A DNA stretch of 64,000 bases. Origin: Lentisphaerota bacterium. Lineage in GTDB: Bacteria > Verrucomicrobiota > Kiritimatiellia > UBA8416 > VGWJ01. Positions 30,924-41,547 of the stretch are shown in pieces; within the stretch, counting starts at the first letter, position 1, and the number at the start of each line of letters is the position of its first letter. A model generated the notes under the pieces. That model searched no databases, was not told where the DNA came from, and saw only the letters and a list, made by a program, of their open reading frames with translations. Where the stretch lies: positions 197 to 64,196 of the forward strand of contig VGWJ01000012.1 of NCBI GenBank assembly GCA_016873635.1. Reading direction: 5' to 3'. The position numbers and the translations under genes were made by a program.

Positions 30924-30984
30924 AGGAAGCCGGTTGCGCTCCACGCTCCGATCCCCGGCGCCCCGCCGGCCTTCCGCCGTCGCC

Positions 30985-32928
30985 ATGCATGCGATCGACT
31001 TCCAGAACGCGCTCAACCCGGAACAGCACGCGGCCGCGACGGCGCCGGACGGCCCGCTGCTGGTGCTGGCCGCCGCGGGAACCGGCAAGACCCGCACGCT
31101 GGTTTACCGCGTTGCGTTTCTCGTCCGGCGCGGCATCGACGCCGAGCGCCTGCTGCTGCTGACGTTCACCAACCGCGCGGCGCGCGAAATGCTCGAGCGG
31201 GCGCGGGAACTGGTGGGGCCCACGGTGGGCGGGCTGTGGGCGGGCACGTTCCATCACATGGCCAACCGCATGCTGCGGCGTCACGCGGCGCAGATCGGTT
31301 TCCGTCCGGACTACACGATTCTTGACCGCGACGACGCCGGCAGCCTCGTCAAGCGCTCGCTGACGGAGCGCAAGCTCGCCGGCCGCGAGTTCCCGAAGCC
31401 GGAAGTCCTGATCGCGCTGTTCAGCGAGGCCGCCAACCGCGGGGAGAAGGTGAGCGCCGCGATCGAGCGGCGTTTCGGCGGCCTGAACGGGGAGAGGGAC
31501 AAGATCCTCGACGTGTACCGCGACTACGAGCGGGCCAAGCGGGAAGCCGGCGCGATGGATTTCGACGATCTGCTGCTGCACTGCCTGCGCCTCTTCAATG
31601 AGCGGCCCGACGTGCTGGCCCGCTACCAGGAGCAGTTCCTGCACGTGCTCGTCGACGAGTACCAGGACACGAACCTGATCCAGGCCGAGCTGGTGGACCG
31701 CGTCGGCGCGCGCCACCGCAACGTGCTGGTCGTGGGCGACGACTTCCAGAGCATCTACTCCTGGCGCGGCGCGGACTACCGCAACATCATGACGTTCCCG
31801 GACCGCTACCGCGATGCGGCCATCCACAGGCTGGAGACCAACTACCGCAGCGTGCCCGAGATCCTGAGCGTGGCCAACGCCTGCATCGCCGGGAATCCGC
31901 GGCAGTACCGCAAGACCCTGCGCCCCACCCGCGGCGCGCACCGCAAGCCGGTGCTTGCCAGGATCCGCGACGGCGGCGAGCAGGCCCGCTTCGTGGCGGA
32001 CTACGTGCGGACGCTGCGGCGCGACGGCTACCACTACGGAGACATCGCCGTTCTCTACCGCGCGCACTTCCATTCGATGGAACTGCAGATGGAGCTGACG
32101 CGCCACCGCGTGCCCCACGTCATCGTGTCCGGCGTGCGGTTCTTCGAGCAGGCGCACGTCAAGGACGTCTGCAGCGTGCTGCGCATCCTGGCCCGCCCGC
32201 GCGACGAACTGGCCTTCGCCCGTCTGCTGGGGCTGTTTCCGGGCGTCGGCGACCGGACGGCGCAGCGCGCCTGGGAGAAGATGGGAGGCGCGTTCGACGC
32301 GTCGGACCGCGAACAGCGCGAACGCCTGCGCGCCATGCTTCCCGCCGCGGCGCGGGAACAGTGGAAGGCCGTCGACGCCGTTCTCGCGGCCTACCGGGCG
32401 GAGGAGCTGCACGAAGACGGAGGCGAAGTGATGCATCGCTTCCTGAAGACGTTCTACGAGGACTACGCCCGGCGCACGTTCGAGAACCACGAACGGCGCG
32501 TGGAAGACATCCACGAGCTGATTCTGTACACGGCCCGTTTCGAGACGGCGGAGGCGTTCCTGAGCGACGTGGCCCTGCTGACCAACCTGGACGCCGAGGC
32601 CGAGAACGGCGCGCGCGCCGGAACCGACGCCCTGCGCCTCAGCACCGTGCACCAGGCCAAGGGGCTGGAGTGGCCCGCGGTCATCGTGATCTGGGCCACC
32701 GACAACATGTTTCCCTCCGCCCGCGCCCTGAAGGAGACCCCGGACGCGGAAGCCGAGGAACGGCGCCTGTTCTACGTGGCCGTGACGCGGGCGAAGAACG
32801 AGCTGTGCCTGTGCGTGCCGGAAGTGCGGCGCACGCGCGACGGCGGCGTGGTGTTCTGCCCGCCCTCGCGCTTCGTGACGGAGATTCCCCCGGAGCTGCT
32901 GCGCGAAGTCCGGCCCGTGCTGATCTGA
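30985..32928 (+). CDS. UvrD/PcrA/Rep-family ATP-dependent DNA helicase.
   Basis: It has Walker A AAAGTGKTRTL, the DEYQDTN motif and helicase motifs III-VI. Confidence 0.8.
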   Translation: MHAIDFQNALNPEQHAAATAPDGPLLVLAAAGTGKTRTLVYRVAFLVRRGIDAERLLLLTFTNRAAREMLERARELVGPTVGGLWAGTFHHMANRMLRRHAAQIGFRPDYTILDRDDAGSLVKRSLTERKLAGREFPKPEVLIALFSEAANRGEKVSAAIERRFGGLNGERDKILDVYRDYERAKREAGAMDFDDLLLHCLRLFNERPDVLARYQEQFLHVLVDEYQDTNLIQAELVDRVGARHRNVLVVGDDFQSIYSWRGADYRNIMTFPDRYRDAAIHRLETNYRSVPEILSVANACIAGNPRQYRKTLRPTRGAHRKPVLARIRDGGEQARFVADYVRTLRRDGYHYGDIAVLYRAHFHSMELQMELTRHRVPHVIVSGVRFFEQAHVKDVCSVLRILARPRDELAFARLLGLFPGVGDRTAQRAWEKMGGAFDASDREQRERLRAMLPAAAREQWKAVDAVLAAYRAEELHEDGGEVMHRFLKTFYEDYARRTFENHERRVEDIHELILYTARFETAEAFLSDVALLTNLDAEAENGARAGTDALRLSTVHQAKGLEWPAVIVIWATDNMFPSARALKETPDAEAEERRLFYVAVTRAKNELCLCVPEVRRTRDGGVVFCPPSRFVTEIPPELLREVRPVLI

Positions 32929-32932
32929 ACGG

Positions 32933-34075
32933 CTATTCCTTCTTCCTCGGGGCGAAAAGCCCGCTCATGCCGCGCAGGGCTTCGTTGACCGCGCGGTCGA
33001 AGCTCCTGCGGTCGGCCTGTCCGGGCGGCTTCAGGCCGGAGCCTTCGAACAGCTCGTTGAGCCCGCTGCCGAAGTCCCTGACGAGCGTTTCGGAGAGGGC
33101 CGTCATCCAGTCGAAGCGCGGATCTTCGATCGTGCCGCCGACGGGCATGGCCACGGTCAAGGTCGGAAGGGGACGGCTCATTCCCGCGCGGTCGGCCAGC
33201 CGTCCGGCAAGACGCGCCTTCTCCAGCTTTACCTCCACCACGGACCGGGCGGGGTCAAAGCGGCCGTCCACGCATTTCAGATCGGCCCTGACCGAGGCGG
33301 ATTCGCCGTGCACGCCGGCGCGCGCGGTAAGGCGGTCCAGCCGGCGCATGTCGATGTTCTCGATCGTGCCGTGCAGCTCGAACGTCGGGCAGGCGGTGTT
33401 CGTGAGCGGCGCGGCCGTTCCCCGGAAGTCGAAAACGAAGGCGTCCGGATCGTCGGCGGCGTGTCCCTGCAGCCGGAAGTCGCCGGGTTCCGCCCGGCCG
33501 CCGGCGACGGTTGAGATGTTCGCGGCGCGCAGCGCGACGGCGAGGTCCAGGACGAACGGATCGCCGTCCGGAACGGCGCGGTCCACGCACTTGACGACTC
33601 CTTCCGCGCGGACCCTGCGCAGGATCAGGCCGCCGCGTTCCGCTTCGTCCGCCTCTTCCGGATGCGCGAGGTCGTATGCGTCGGCGGCTTCCGCGACGCG
33701 CAGCAGGTTCACGGCCCCGTCGGGGTTGCGGACCACGTGCAGGGCCACGTCCTGCAGCTCCGCGCGGGGGATTCTCAGAACGCCGAAAGGCAGATGCGCG
33801 AGGCTGACGCCGAGGTGCCCGCGCCGGATCTCGAGCAGCGCCGGTTCGCTGAAGCCGGGAGGATTGCCGATCGTGAAGCCGGCGGCCTTGAGGGCCGGGC
33901 GGAAGAGAACGAAGCGGGCGGCTCCCATTTCGACCCTCACGCCCAGCATCTCGCCGAGCGCCGGCATCGCGCGCCGGATCCCGCGGACGACCGCGCGGCT
34001 CACGACAAGCTGCGCGGCCGCGAGCAGCACCGGCGCCGCGACCGCGGCCGCGAGCCACCTGCGAGGATGTTTCAT
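32933..34075 (-). CDS. Hypothetical membrane-anchored or periplasmic protein.
   Basis: It has an N-terminal TM/signal segment (WLAAAVAAPVLLAAAQLVV). No recognisable catalytic motif was found. Confidence 0.45.
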   Translation of the reverse strand: MKHPRRWLAAAVAAPVLLAAAQLVVSRAVVRGIRRAMPALGEMLGVRVEMGAARFVLFRPALKAAGFTIGNPPGFSEPALLEIRRGHLGVSLAHLPFGVLRIPRAELQDVALHVVRNPDGAVNLLRVAEAADAYDLAHPEEADEAERGGLILRRVRAEGVVKCVDRAVPDGDPFVLDLAVALRAANISTVAGGRAEPGDFRLQGHAADDPDAFVFDFRGTAAPLTNTACPTFELHGTIENIDMRRLDRLTARAGVHGESASVRADLKCVDGRFDPARSVVEVKLEKARLAGRLADRAGMSRPLPTLTVAMPVGGTIEDPRFDWMTALSETLVRDFGSGLNELFEGSGLKPPGQADRRSFDRAVNEALRGMSGLFAPRKKE

Positions 34076-34187
34076 GCTTCCTCGGTTCGCATCATGTGCC
34101 GGCGGCCGGCCCGCGACCCGCGGCCGCGGGCCACACGGAAACGCCGGTTCCGCGCCGTTCCGGGCCCGCTTCACGGCCGCCAGGGCA

Positions 34188-34697
34188 TCACTTCGTTGCG
34201 GTTGCGCCGCCCATTTCGAGCGCCATCGCGACTTCCGGGCACGTGAAAGGCGAGTCGTACTTCGCGCAGTTGATGCATCCCATGTAGATCTTGTGCATCA
34301 GGGAGGCCTTGGGCACTTCCCGGAACCCGAGCCTGGCGAAGAAGCCGGGATGGAACGTGAGCACGATGACCTGCGAGGGATGCAGGAGCCGGACGTGGTC
34401 GAGGGCGGCGGTCGCCAGGCGGCGCCCCATGCCTTTGCCGCGGTAAGAGGGCCTGACGGCCAGCGACTGGATCTCGACCGTCGGATTCCGGGAGGCGCCG
34501 ATCTCGGGGAGGATATGCCAGGCCACGACGCCCAGGATGCCTTCCGGTCCCGCGCATACGAGGAAGCGGTCGATATTCTGGACGATCTCGCTTATCGGCC
34601 GCGGAATCAGCTCCTCCGGGTGCTGTTTGATGAGGGCGAAAATCGCCTCCGCGTCATCGAATCCCGCGGGCCGAATGGAATAGTCGGTCTGGCTCAT
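34188..34697 (-). CDS. GNAT-family N-acetyltransferase.
   Basis: It is 169 aa with the acetyl-CoA binding motif (VRPSYRGKGMGRRL). The rest of the listed 697-aa ORF is antisense to fusA and is spurious. Confidence 0.65.
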   Translation of the reverse strand: MSQTDYSIRPAGFDDAEAIFALIKQHPEELIPRPISEIVQNIDRFLVCAGPEGILGVVAWHILPEIGASRNPTVEIQSLAVRPSYRGKGMGRRLATAALDHVRLLHPSQVIVLTFHPGFFARLGFREVPKASLMHKIYMGCINCAKYDSPFTCPEVAMALEMGGATATK

Positions 34698-34763
34698 TTG
34701 CGCTTGTAATCGACTCCGGACACGTCCATGATTCATGGCCTTTTTACACACGGGAGACATGCC

Positions 34764-36851
34764 ATGACAAGACAATTGCCCCTTTCGCTGGTGCGGAACG
34801 TGGGCATTATGGCGCACATCGACGCGGGCAAGACGACCGTAAGCGAGCGCGTTCTGTTCTATTCGGGAAAGATCCACAAGATCGGCGAGGTGCACGACGG
34901 CCAGGCCGTGATGGACTGGATGGACCAGGAGCAGGAGCGCGGAATCACCATTACGTCCGCGGCGACCACGACGTCCTGGCGCGGCCATCGCATCACCCTG
35001 ATCGACACGCCCGGCCACGTCGATTTTACGGCCGAAGTGGAGCGCAGCCTGCGCGTCCTGGACGGCGCCGTGGCGCTCTTCTGCGCCGTGGGCGGGGTCC
35101 AGCCTCAGTCGGAGAAGGTGTGGCGGCAGAGCGAGAAGTACAGCGTGCCGAAGATCGCCTTCGTGAACAAGATGGACCGCGCGGGGGCGGACTTTACCGG
35201 AGTCGTGTCCGAGATCCAGTCCGAGCTGGGCGGCAACGCGGTGCCCATGGTGGTGCCCATCGGGTCCGAGGAGAAGTTCTGCGGCATTATCGACCTGATC
35301 GCCATGCGCGCCGTGTACTATGACGAAATCGATTCGGGCATGACCTTCCGCGAGGAAGACATACCCTCCGCCATGTCCGCCGAAGCCGGGAAGTGGCGCG
35401 CGAACCTCGTCGAGAGATGCGCCGAGCAGGATGACGCCCTGCTGGAAAGGTTCCTGGAAGGCGGCGAACTGTCGCCGGACGAACTGATCGCCGTCATCCG
35501 CCGGGCCACGATCGCGCGGCGGGTCGTGCCGGTGTATTGCGGGTCGGCCTTCAAGAACAAGGGGATTCAGCGGCTGCTGGACGGGATCGTGCGCTTTCTG
35601 CCGTCGCCGGAGGACCTGCCGCCGATCATTCACGCCGGCGGCGCGGAAGAAGCCGCCCGGATTCCGTCGGACGACGAGCCCTTCTCGGCCCTGGCGTTCA
35701 AGGTCGTGGCCGACAAGCACATGGGCAAGCTCACGTATCTGCGCGTCTATTCCGGGACGGTTCAGAGCGGAACGGTGGTGTACAACAGCACGCGCGACCT
35801 CGAGCAGCGCGTCGCGCGCATCATCCGCATGCACGCCAACCGCCAGGAAACCATCGAGGAAGCGCGCTGCGGCGACATTGTTGCCGCGGTGGGCCTGGCC
35901 AAGACGGGCACGGGCGACACGCTGTGCTGCCGCAAGAACCCCATCGTGCTGGAGACCATCGAGTTTCCGGCGCCGGTCGTATCGGTGAGCATAAAGCCGG
36001 AGGGCCGCGATGACGCGGACCGCATGAGCCAGGCGCTGCGGCACCTGGCGGACGAGGACCCGACCTTCGTGGTGGGGTTCGACGAGGAAACCTCGGAGAC
36101 GATTCTGTCCGGCATGGGCGAGCTGCATCTGGAGGTGCTCGTGGAGCGCCTCAGGCGCGAGTTCACCGTGCGCGGCACGATCGGGCGCCCGGAGGTGGCG
36201 TACCGCGAGACGGGCACGGCGGCGGTCGAAGGCGAATACAAGCACGTCAAGCAGACGGGCGGCCGCGGGCAGTACGCGCACGTTTGCATGCGGCTTGAGC
36301 CCACGGACCCCGGCCGCGGCTTCTCGTTCGTGAGTGAGGTCAAGGGGGGCCGGGTACCCACCGAGTACATCCCGTCGGTGGAACGCGGCGTGGTCCGGGC
36401 CATGCAGCGCGGTCCCTGCGGGGGCTTTCCCGTGGTGGACATGTGCGTGACGCTGCTGGACGGGTCATACCACGAGGTGGACTCCAGCGATTTCGCCTTC
36501 CAGGAGGCGGCGTGGGCCTGCTTCCGCGACCTGTTCATGCGCACCTCGCCGGAGTTGCTGGAGCCGGTGATGGCCGTCGAAGCGGTCGTGCCCGAGGAGC
36601 ACATGGGGCCCGCCACGGGCTCGATCTGCCAGCGGCGCGGGCGGATTGAAGCCATGGACGAGCAGGCCGGCTTGAAGGTGATCCGCGGCATGGTGCCGCT
36701 GAGCGAGATGTTCGGCTACTCCAATACGATCCGCACGCTGACGCAGGGCCGCGGCAGCTTCAGCATGCACTTCGAGCACTACGAAGCCGTGCCCTTTGCC
36801 ATCGCCGAGGAAATCATCCGCGCCCGCCGGGCGGCGGGGAAGGTCCGGTAG
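34764..36851 (+). CDS. fusA: Elongation factor G, standalone and possibly an EF-G2 paralog.
   Basis: It has G1 [10 protein letters not shown]3 DTPGHVDF and G4 NKMD, plus domains II-V. It is not flanked by rpsL, rpsG or tuf. Confidence 0.85.
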   Translation: MTRQLPLSLVRNVGIMAHIDAGKTTVSERVLFYSGKIHKIGEVHDGQAVMDWMDQEQERGITITSAATTTSWRGHRITLIDTPGHVDFTAEVERSLRVLDGAVALFCAVGGVQPQSEKVWRQSEKYSVPKIAFVNKMDRAGADFTGVVSEIQSELGGNAVPMVVPIGSEEKFCGIIDLIAMRAVYYDEIDSGMTFREEDIPSAMSAEAGKWRANLVERCAEQDDALLERFLEGGELSPDELIAVIRRATIARRVVPVYCGSAFKNKGIQRLLDGIVRFLPSPEDLPPIIHAGGAEEAARIPSDDEPFSALAFKVVADKHMGKLTYLRVYSGTVQSGTVVYNSTRDLEQRVARIIRMHANRQETIEEARCGDIVAAVGLAKTGTGDTLCCRKNPIVLETIEFPAPVVSVSIKPEGRDDADRMSQALRHLADEDPTFVVGFDEETSETILSGMGELHLEVLVERLRREFTVRGTIGRPEVAYRETGTAAVEGEYKHVKQTGGRGQYAHVCMRLEPTDPGRGFSFVSEVKGGRVPTEYIPSVERGVVRAMQRGPCGGFPVVDMCVTLLDGSYHEVDSSDFAFQEAAWACFRDLFMRTSPELLEPVMAVEAVVPEEHMGPATGSICQRRGRIEAMDEQAGLKVIRGMVPLSEMFGYSNTIRTLTQGRGSFSMHFEHYEAVPFAIAEEIIRARRAAGKVR

Positions 36852-36899
36852 CGCGGTTGCCGGCCGTCAACAACCGCCAAGCGCCGGCCGCCAGTGCTC

Positions 36900-37757
36900 T
36901 CAGCCGGCGTTTATCGCCTCCAGCGCCGGGTACTTCTCCATCAGCAGCGGCGGAACGCCGACCTTGCGGCCCGTGGCCAGGGCCTTGAGCTGCAGGGCGT
37001 TGGCGACTTCCTTGCCCTGGTAGTGGTTGTTGGCCACCAGGATCAGCGACTGCGATTTGGCGGCCAGGGCCACGGCGCGTTTCACGATCTCGTCGAGTTC
37101 CCGGGCGGAGTAGAGGTAGTTGTAGGTTTCGTCCCGTCCGGCCGCGCGGTCGAACCAGGCGTCGTAGTTGCGGCCGTGCAGCCGCAGGTAGGCGTGCGCG
37201 CCCACGTCGCACAGGCGCAGGCTGAACGAATTGCGCGCCATGGGATAGTCGAGGTTGGCGACCGTCACGTCCAGCCCGCGCAGGAAGTCCAGGGCGTCGG
37301 GGGACTGCCACGAGTTGTGGCGCAGCTCCAGCGTCAGGTTGGCGATTCCGCCGAAGTCGTCCCTGACGGCCGCCAGGTGCGCGCGCGTTTCCGGCGTGTC
37401 GGCGAAGTCCCAGCGGAACTGCGCCAGCAGATGCTTCAGCTTGTCCGCCGCGCGCAGCGGGGCGAGGCCCTCGCGGAAGGCCTTGACCATGGCCGGCTCG
37501 ATCCTGCCGCCGTGGGTCACGTCCTGGTGCAGCTTGGCCGTGAAGAAAAAGTCCGGCAGGCCGGCCGTGCGCGCGGCCCATGACCGCGCCGTTCGCGCGG
37601 AGGGGGGACGATAGAACGTGCTGTTGATCTCGATGGCGTCCACGTAGGGCGCGATGTAGTCCAGCTTGTCTTTGGTGCCCGGCGGGTAGACGTATCCGTC
37701 CCAGTCGGGATACGACCACCCCGCGATGCCGAAGTGCATTGAAGGGGTGGGCGGCAT
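36900..37757 (-). CDS. DUF72-family protein.
   Basis: MHFGIAGWSYPDWDGYVYP...STFYR is the DUF72/UPF0759 signature. The upstream 390 aa of the listed ORF is an out-of-frame artefact overlapping dinB. Confidence 0.65.
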   Translation of the reverse strand: MPPTPSMHFGIAGWSYPDWDGYVYPPGTKDKLDYIAPYVDAIEINSTFYRPPSARTARSWAARTAGLPDFFFTAKLHQDVTHGGRIEPAMVKAFREGLAPLRAADKLKHLLAQFRWDFADTPETRAHLAAVRDDFGGIANLTLELRHNSWQSPDALDFLRGLDVTVANLDYPMARNSFSLRLCDVGAHAYLRLHGRNYDAWFDRAAGRDETYNYLYSARELDEIVKRAVALAAKSQSLILVANNHYQGKEVANALQLKALATGRKVGVPPLLMEKYPALEAINAG

Positions 37758-37843
37758 GGACCTATCTTCCGCCGCGCGCGCGCTTTTAGCCAGAGGAAAC
37801 GGACGCAGAGGAAACGGACGCGGAGCGTCGCTCGCGGCGGGGC

Positions 37844-39157
37844 TCAAACCTTTATCCCCATCCGCGGGATGGCGAGGCGCCGGCGTTCCGTTTCGCCTTG
37901 CATGACGAGGCGGCGCCGGCCGGGCGCGTCGTCCCTGGCGTTGCGGCGCTTTTCCGCGAGGAACAGCGAGGATCCGGAGCGTACGGTATGCTTGCCGTAG
38001 CGGCGGTTGACGTCGTCCACCGCGCAAGTGACGCGCCGCACGTCCTCGATTTTCAGGCGGTTTTCGAACAGGTCGAACTGGTCGTTGTTGTCGCTCCGCA
38101 GTCCGCCCAGCACGATCAGCGTGGCGCGGTATTCCGCGCCCTCCCGGAAGACCTTTTCGAACAGCGCCCGGATCAGCGGCAGGGCTTCGGCCGAGGCGGA
38201 CGTTGCGCGGTTCAGTCGGGCTTCGAGCCCGTCGTGGTCGAAGTTCCGGCGCCGCAGGACCACGCCCAGCGCCGCGGCCTTGAGCCCGTGCCGCCGCGCC
38301 TTGGCAAAGGCGGATTCCGCGTTGCGCACCAGCTTGGCGTACACGAAGTCCTTGTCCGCCGAGGCGGGCGTGAATGTCTTGGATTTCAGGATGGTGGCAT
38401 AGGAGGCCTTCCCGCCGGCGCTTACTTCCCACGCCGCGTTGCCGCGCAGTTCGTTCCACAGGTCGCGGCCGGGCTTGTTGAGCATCCGCGCCGCCCTGTC
38501 CTCGGGCAGCAGCGCGAAGTCGTAGGCCGTGCGCATCCCGAACTTCCGCAGCATGTTCACGGTATTCGGGCCGAACCCCCACACCTTCTCCAGCGGCGTA
38601 AGCTGCAGCAGGATGTGGATGTGCTTGCCCTGCACCGCGGTGAAGCCGCGCGGCTTGCGGAACTTGGAGCACAGCTTGGCCAGCGTCTTGGAAAGGCTCA
38701 GGCCCGCCGAGACCGTGATGCCCAGCTCGCGCTGGATTTCCTCCTGCAGGCGGCGGCCGATATCCTCGTAGGACGCGCGGTGCACCCGGCGCAGGCCGGT
38801 GATGTCGGCAAAGCCCTCGTCCACGGAGTATTCCTCCACGATCGGCGTGTATTTGCGCATGATGTCGAACATGCGCCGGGAATACAGGCCGTAGGTCTCG
38901 TAGTCGCTGGGCAGGACGATCAGCCCCGGGCACAGCTTGCGGGCCTCGTGGAGGGGCCGTCCCCGCTTCACACCCAGCGCCTTGGCCTCGTAACTGGCGC
39001 AGGCGATGATGCCGCGCTCCTTGCCGGTGACCAGCGGCTTGCCGCGCAGGGCCGGGTCCAGGGCCTGCTCCACGGAGGTGAAGAAAGCGTCGCCGTCCAC
39101 GTGCAGAATCGCGCGCGGATACGCCGCCAGCATGAACGGATCGTCCCTTACTCTCAT
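37844..39157 (-). CDS. dinB: Y-family DNA polymerase IV.
   Basis: ILHVDGDAFFTSVEQ and SVDEGFADITG are the catalytic Asp/Glu motifs, and a little-finger domain is present. Confidence 0.8.
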   Translation of the reverse strand: MRVRDDPFMLAAYPRAILHVDGDAFFTSVEQALDPALRGKPLVTGKERGIIACASYEAKALGVKRGRPLHEARKLCPGLIVLPSDYETYGLYSRRMFDIMRKYTPIVEEYSVDEGFADITGLRRVHRASYEDIGRRLQEEIQRELGITVSAGLSLSKTLAKLCSKFRKPRGFTAVQGKHIHILLQLTPLEKVWGFGPNTVNMLRKFGMRTAYDFALLPEDRAARMLNKPGRDLWNELRGNAAWEVSAGGKASYATILKSKTFTPASADKDFVYAKLVRNAESAFAKARRHGLKAAALGVVLRRRNFDHDGLEARLNRATSASAEALPLIRALFEKVFREGAEYRATLIVLGGLRSDNNDQFDLFENRLKIEDVRRVTCAVDDVNRRYGKHTVRSGSSLFLAEKRRNARDDAPGRRRLVMQGETERRRLAIPRMGIKV

Positions 39158-39297
39158 GCCGCCATTGTACGGGAACGAAAGTTCATGTACAAGCGGAAAA
39201 GAAGGCCTTGGGGACGCGCGGAGGAGGGCGGCGACACGCCGCGCGGCATCGCCTCCGTGAGTCGGACGTGTTGTCCCGCGAAACCTGAAACCCTCTT

Positions 39298-40449
39298 TCA
39301 CACGAACGGCGAGAGGGCGCGCAGGCGTTGGACGATCTCCGGCAGGCGCGCGACGACGAAGTCCACGTCCTCGCCGGTATTGTAGCGGCTGAGGCTGAAG
39401 CGGATCGACCCGTGCGCGGCGGTGAAGGGCACGCCCATGGCGCGGATCACGTGGCTGGGCTCGAGCGAGCCGGACGTGCAGGCCGAGCCGGACGACGCGG
39501 CCACGCCGATGTCGCTGAGGTGATACAGGATGGATTCGCCCTCGATGTACTGGAAGCTCATGTTCGTGGTATTGGGCAGGCGGTTGACGCGGTCGCCGTT
39601 CACGCTGGCGTCGGGACAGCTCGCCAGCAGGCCCTTTTCCAGCCTGTCGCGCAGCGCCGCCACGCGGGTGCGCTCTTCGGATAGCGTGGCCGCGGCCAGC
39701 TCGCAGGCCCGGCCCAGGCCGACGATGTACGGCACGTTTTCCGTTCCGCCGCGCCGCCCGTGTTCCTGGTGCCCGCCCAGCATGAAGGTGTTCAGCCGCG
39801 TGCCCTTGCGCACGTACAGGGCGCCGATTCCCTTGGGCGCGTGAAGCTTGTGTCCGGCGAGCGACAGCATGTCCACGGGCGTGTCGCGCACGTCGATGGG
39901 CACCTTGCCCGCGGCCTGAACCGCGTCGGTGTGCAGGACCGCGCCGGCTTCCCTGGTCATGGCCGCGATGCGGTCCATGGGGAAAATCACGCCCGTCTCG
40001 TTGTTGGCCCACATGATCGTGACCAGCGCCGGCCCGCGCGCCAGTTCCGCGCGCAGCTCGTCCAGGTTGAGCTGACCGGAGGCGTCCACGCCCAGCTCGA
40101 CCACGTCATGGCCTTCCTCCCTGAGGCGGCGGCAGGGGCCCAGCACGGCGGGATGTTCGACGCGCGTGGTGATCACGCGCGCGCCGCGCCCCAGCGCCTC
40201 CGCCGCGCCGCGGATGGCCATGTTGTCGCTCTCCGTCCCGCAGCCGGTGAAGACGATCTCGGAAGGCTCGGCGTGCAGCAGGGCCGCGACCTTTGCGCGC
40301 GCCGCTTCCATGTGCGGCGCCACTTGCCCGCCGAAATGGTGCATGCTGGAGGGATTGCCCCACAGCTCGGCGAAGAAGGGCTGCATGGCTTCCACGACTT
40401 CGGGCGCCGGCTGCGTGGTGGCGTTGTTGTCGAAATAGACGTTTCTCAC
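39298..40449 (-). CDS. nifS: Cysteine desulfurase (NifS/IscS family).
   Basis: It has the PLP-lysine motif (SLAGHKLHAPKG) and the active-site Cys loop (SSGSACTSG). Its GTG start overlaps the nifU stop (GTGA). Confidence 0.85.
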   Translation of the reverse strand: MRNVYFDNNATTQPAPEVVEAMQPFFAELWGNPSSMHHFGGQVAPHMEAARAKVAALLHAEPSEIVFTGCGTESDNMAIRGAAEALGRGARVITTRVEHPAVLGPCRRLREEGHDVVELGVDASGQLNLDELRAELARGPALVTIMWANNETGVIFPMDRIAAMTREAGAVLHTDAVQAAGKVPIDVRDTPVDMLSLAGHKLHAPKGIGALYVRKGTRLNTFMLGGHQEHGRRGGTENVPYIVGLGRACELAAATLSEERTRVAALRDRLEKGLLASCPDASVNGDRVNRLPNTTNMSFQYIEGESILYHLSDIGVAASSGSACTSGSLEPSHVIRAMGVPFTAAHGSIRFSLSRYNTGEDVDFVVARLPEIVQRLRALSPFV

Positions 40450-41291
40450 GGCTTCTCCTCCACGACGGCGATGTCCTCCGCGACAAACTCGCGCAGCCTG
40501 GCCTCGACAACGTCCTTCATCGTGAACTCGGCCACGTTGCATCGGGCGCACATGCCCCGGAAAGCGATGACGACGCGGCTTCCTTCGACGTCAATCAGTT
40601 CCAGGTCTCCGCCGTCGCGCTGCAGCATGGGGCGGATCTCGCGGTTGATCGTCTCCTCGATCAGGCGGATCTTCTGCAGGTTCGTCATGCGTCCCGCCGC
40701 GGGCGCCTGTTTGCCGGCTTTCCGCAGCTCCTCCTGCACGCGCGCGATGATCGTCTCGATTTCGGGGCGGCAGTTTCCGCACCCTCCGCCGGCTTTGGTG
40801 TAGTTCGTGACCTGTTCCACGGTGGCGAGGCTGTTCTCCCGGACCACGCGCTCGATTTCCACTTCCGTCACGCCGAAGCAGCGGCAGACCACCTTGCCTT
40901 CCAGCACGTGTCTGGTCCTGCCTCCCGAGCGGTAGTTCTCGATGGCCGCCTCCAGGGCTTCGCGCCCCATGACGGAGCAGTGCATCTTCTGCTCGGGCAG
41001 GCCGCCCAGGTAGGCCGCGATGTCCTGGTTGGTCACGCGCGCGGCCTCCTCCAGGGTCATGCCCTTGATGATCTCCGTGAGGGCCGAGGAAGAGGCGATC
41101 GCGCTGGCGCAGCCGAAGGTCTTGAACTTGACCTCGGCGATCCGGCCGTCCGGTCCCAGCCTGAACATCAGTTTCAGCGCGTCGCCGCAGGCCAGCGAAC
41201 CGACTTCTCCCACGCCGTCGGGCTTCCGGATGGTCCCCACGTTGCGCGGGTTCCGGAAATGGTCGAGCACCTTCGCGGTATAGTCCCACAT
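40446..41291 (-). CDS. nifU: Three-domain NifU Fe-S cluster scaffold.
   Basis: It has an N-terminal IscU-like domain (GSLACGD...GCASAIASS), a central [2Fe-2S] ferredoxin-like domain (CRCFGVTE...CGNC) and a C-terminal Nfu domain (CARC). Confidence 0.85.
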   Translation of the reverse strand: MWDYTAKVLDHFRNPRNVGTIRKPDGVGEVGSLACGDALKLMFRLGPDGRIAEVKFKTFGCASAIASSSALTEIIKGMTLEEAARVTNQDIAAYLGGLPEQKMHCSVMGREALEAAIENYRSGGRTRHVLEGKVVCRCFGVTEVEIERVVRENSLATVEQVTNYTKAGGGCGNCRPEIETIIARVQEELRKAGKQAPAAGRMTNLQKIRLIEETINREIRPMLQRDGGDLELIDVEGSRVVIAFRGMCARCNVAEFTMKDVVEARLREFVAEDIAVVEEKP

Positions 41292-41547
41292 GGCGAGTCT
41301 CCCGGGCCGCGCCGTGCGCGCGGCCGACGAACCGCAAGAAGCATAACTTCGTCCGGGCCCTGAATCCAGCGCAAAGGCGGGGACAGGGTAACCGACCGGT
41401 CAGTCATGCAGGGAGGCGCGGCGGGACGCCGCGCCCTGCCGGCGTGTCTCCACCGCGTAACCGACCCACTACGGGACAGGTTTTTTTACGTTGTCATGCG
41501 CGGGCGGTTTTCGGATATTCGACGCCGCTTCTCAACGGGGACAAAGC

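Noticed and set aside
34698-36281. The N-terminal 528 aa of the 697-aa minus ORF containing the GNAT gene.
   Set aside because: This portion is antisense to fusA. Only the C-terminal 169 aa (34188-34697) show GNAT motifs.
36852-36899. A GCGGTTG...CAACCGC 7-bp stem between convergent fusA and the DUF72 gene.
   Set aside because: It has an 11-nt loop and no U-tract. It may just be GC-rich spacer.
36900-38933. A 677-aa minus-strand ORF that appears to fuse the DUF72 gene to 390 upstream codons.
   Set aside because: The N-terminal 390 aa are Arg/Gly-rich and overlap dinB in another frame. The DUF72 homology begins at the internal Met (37757).
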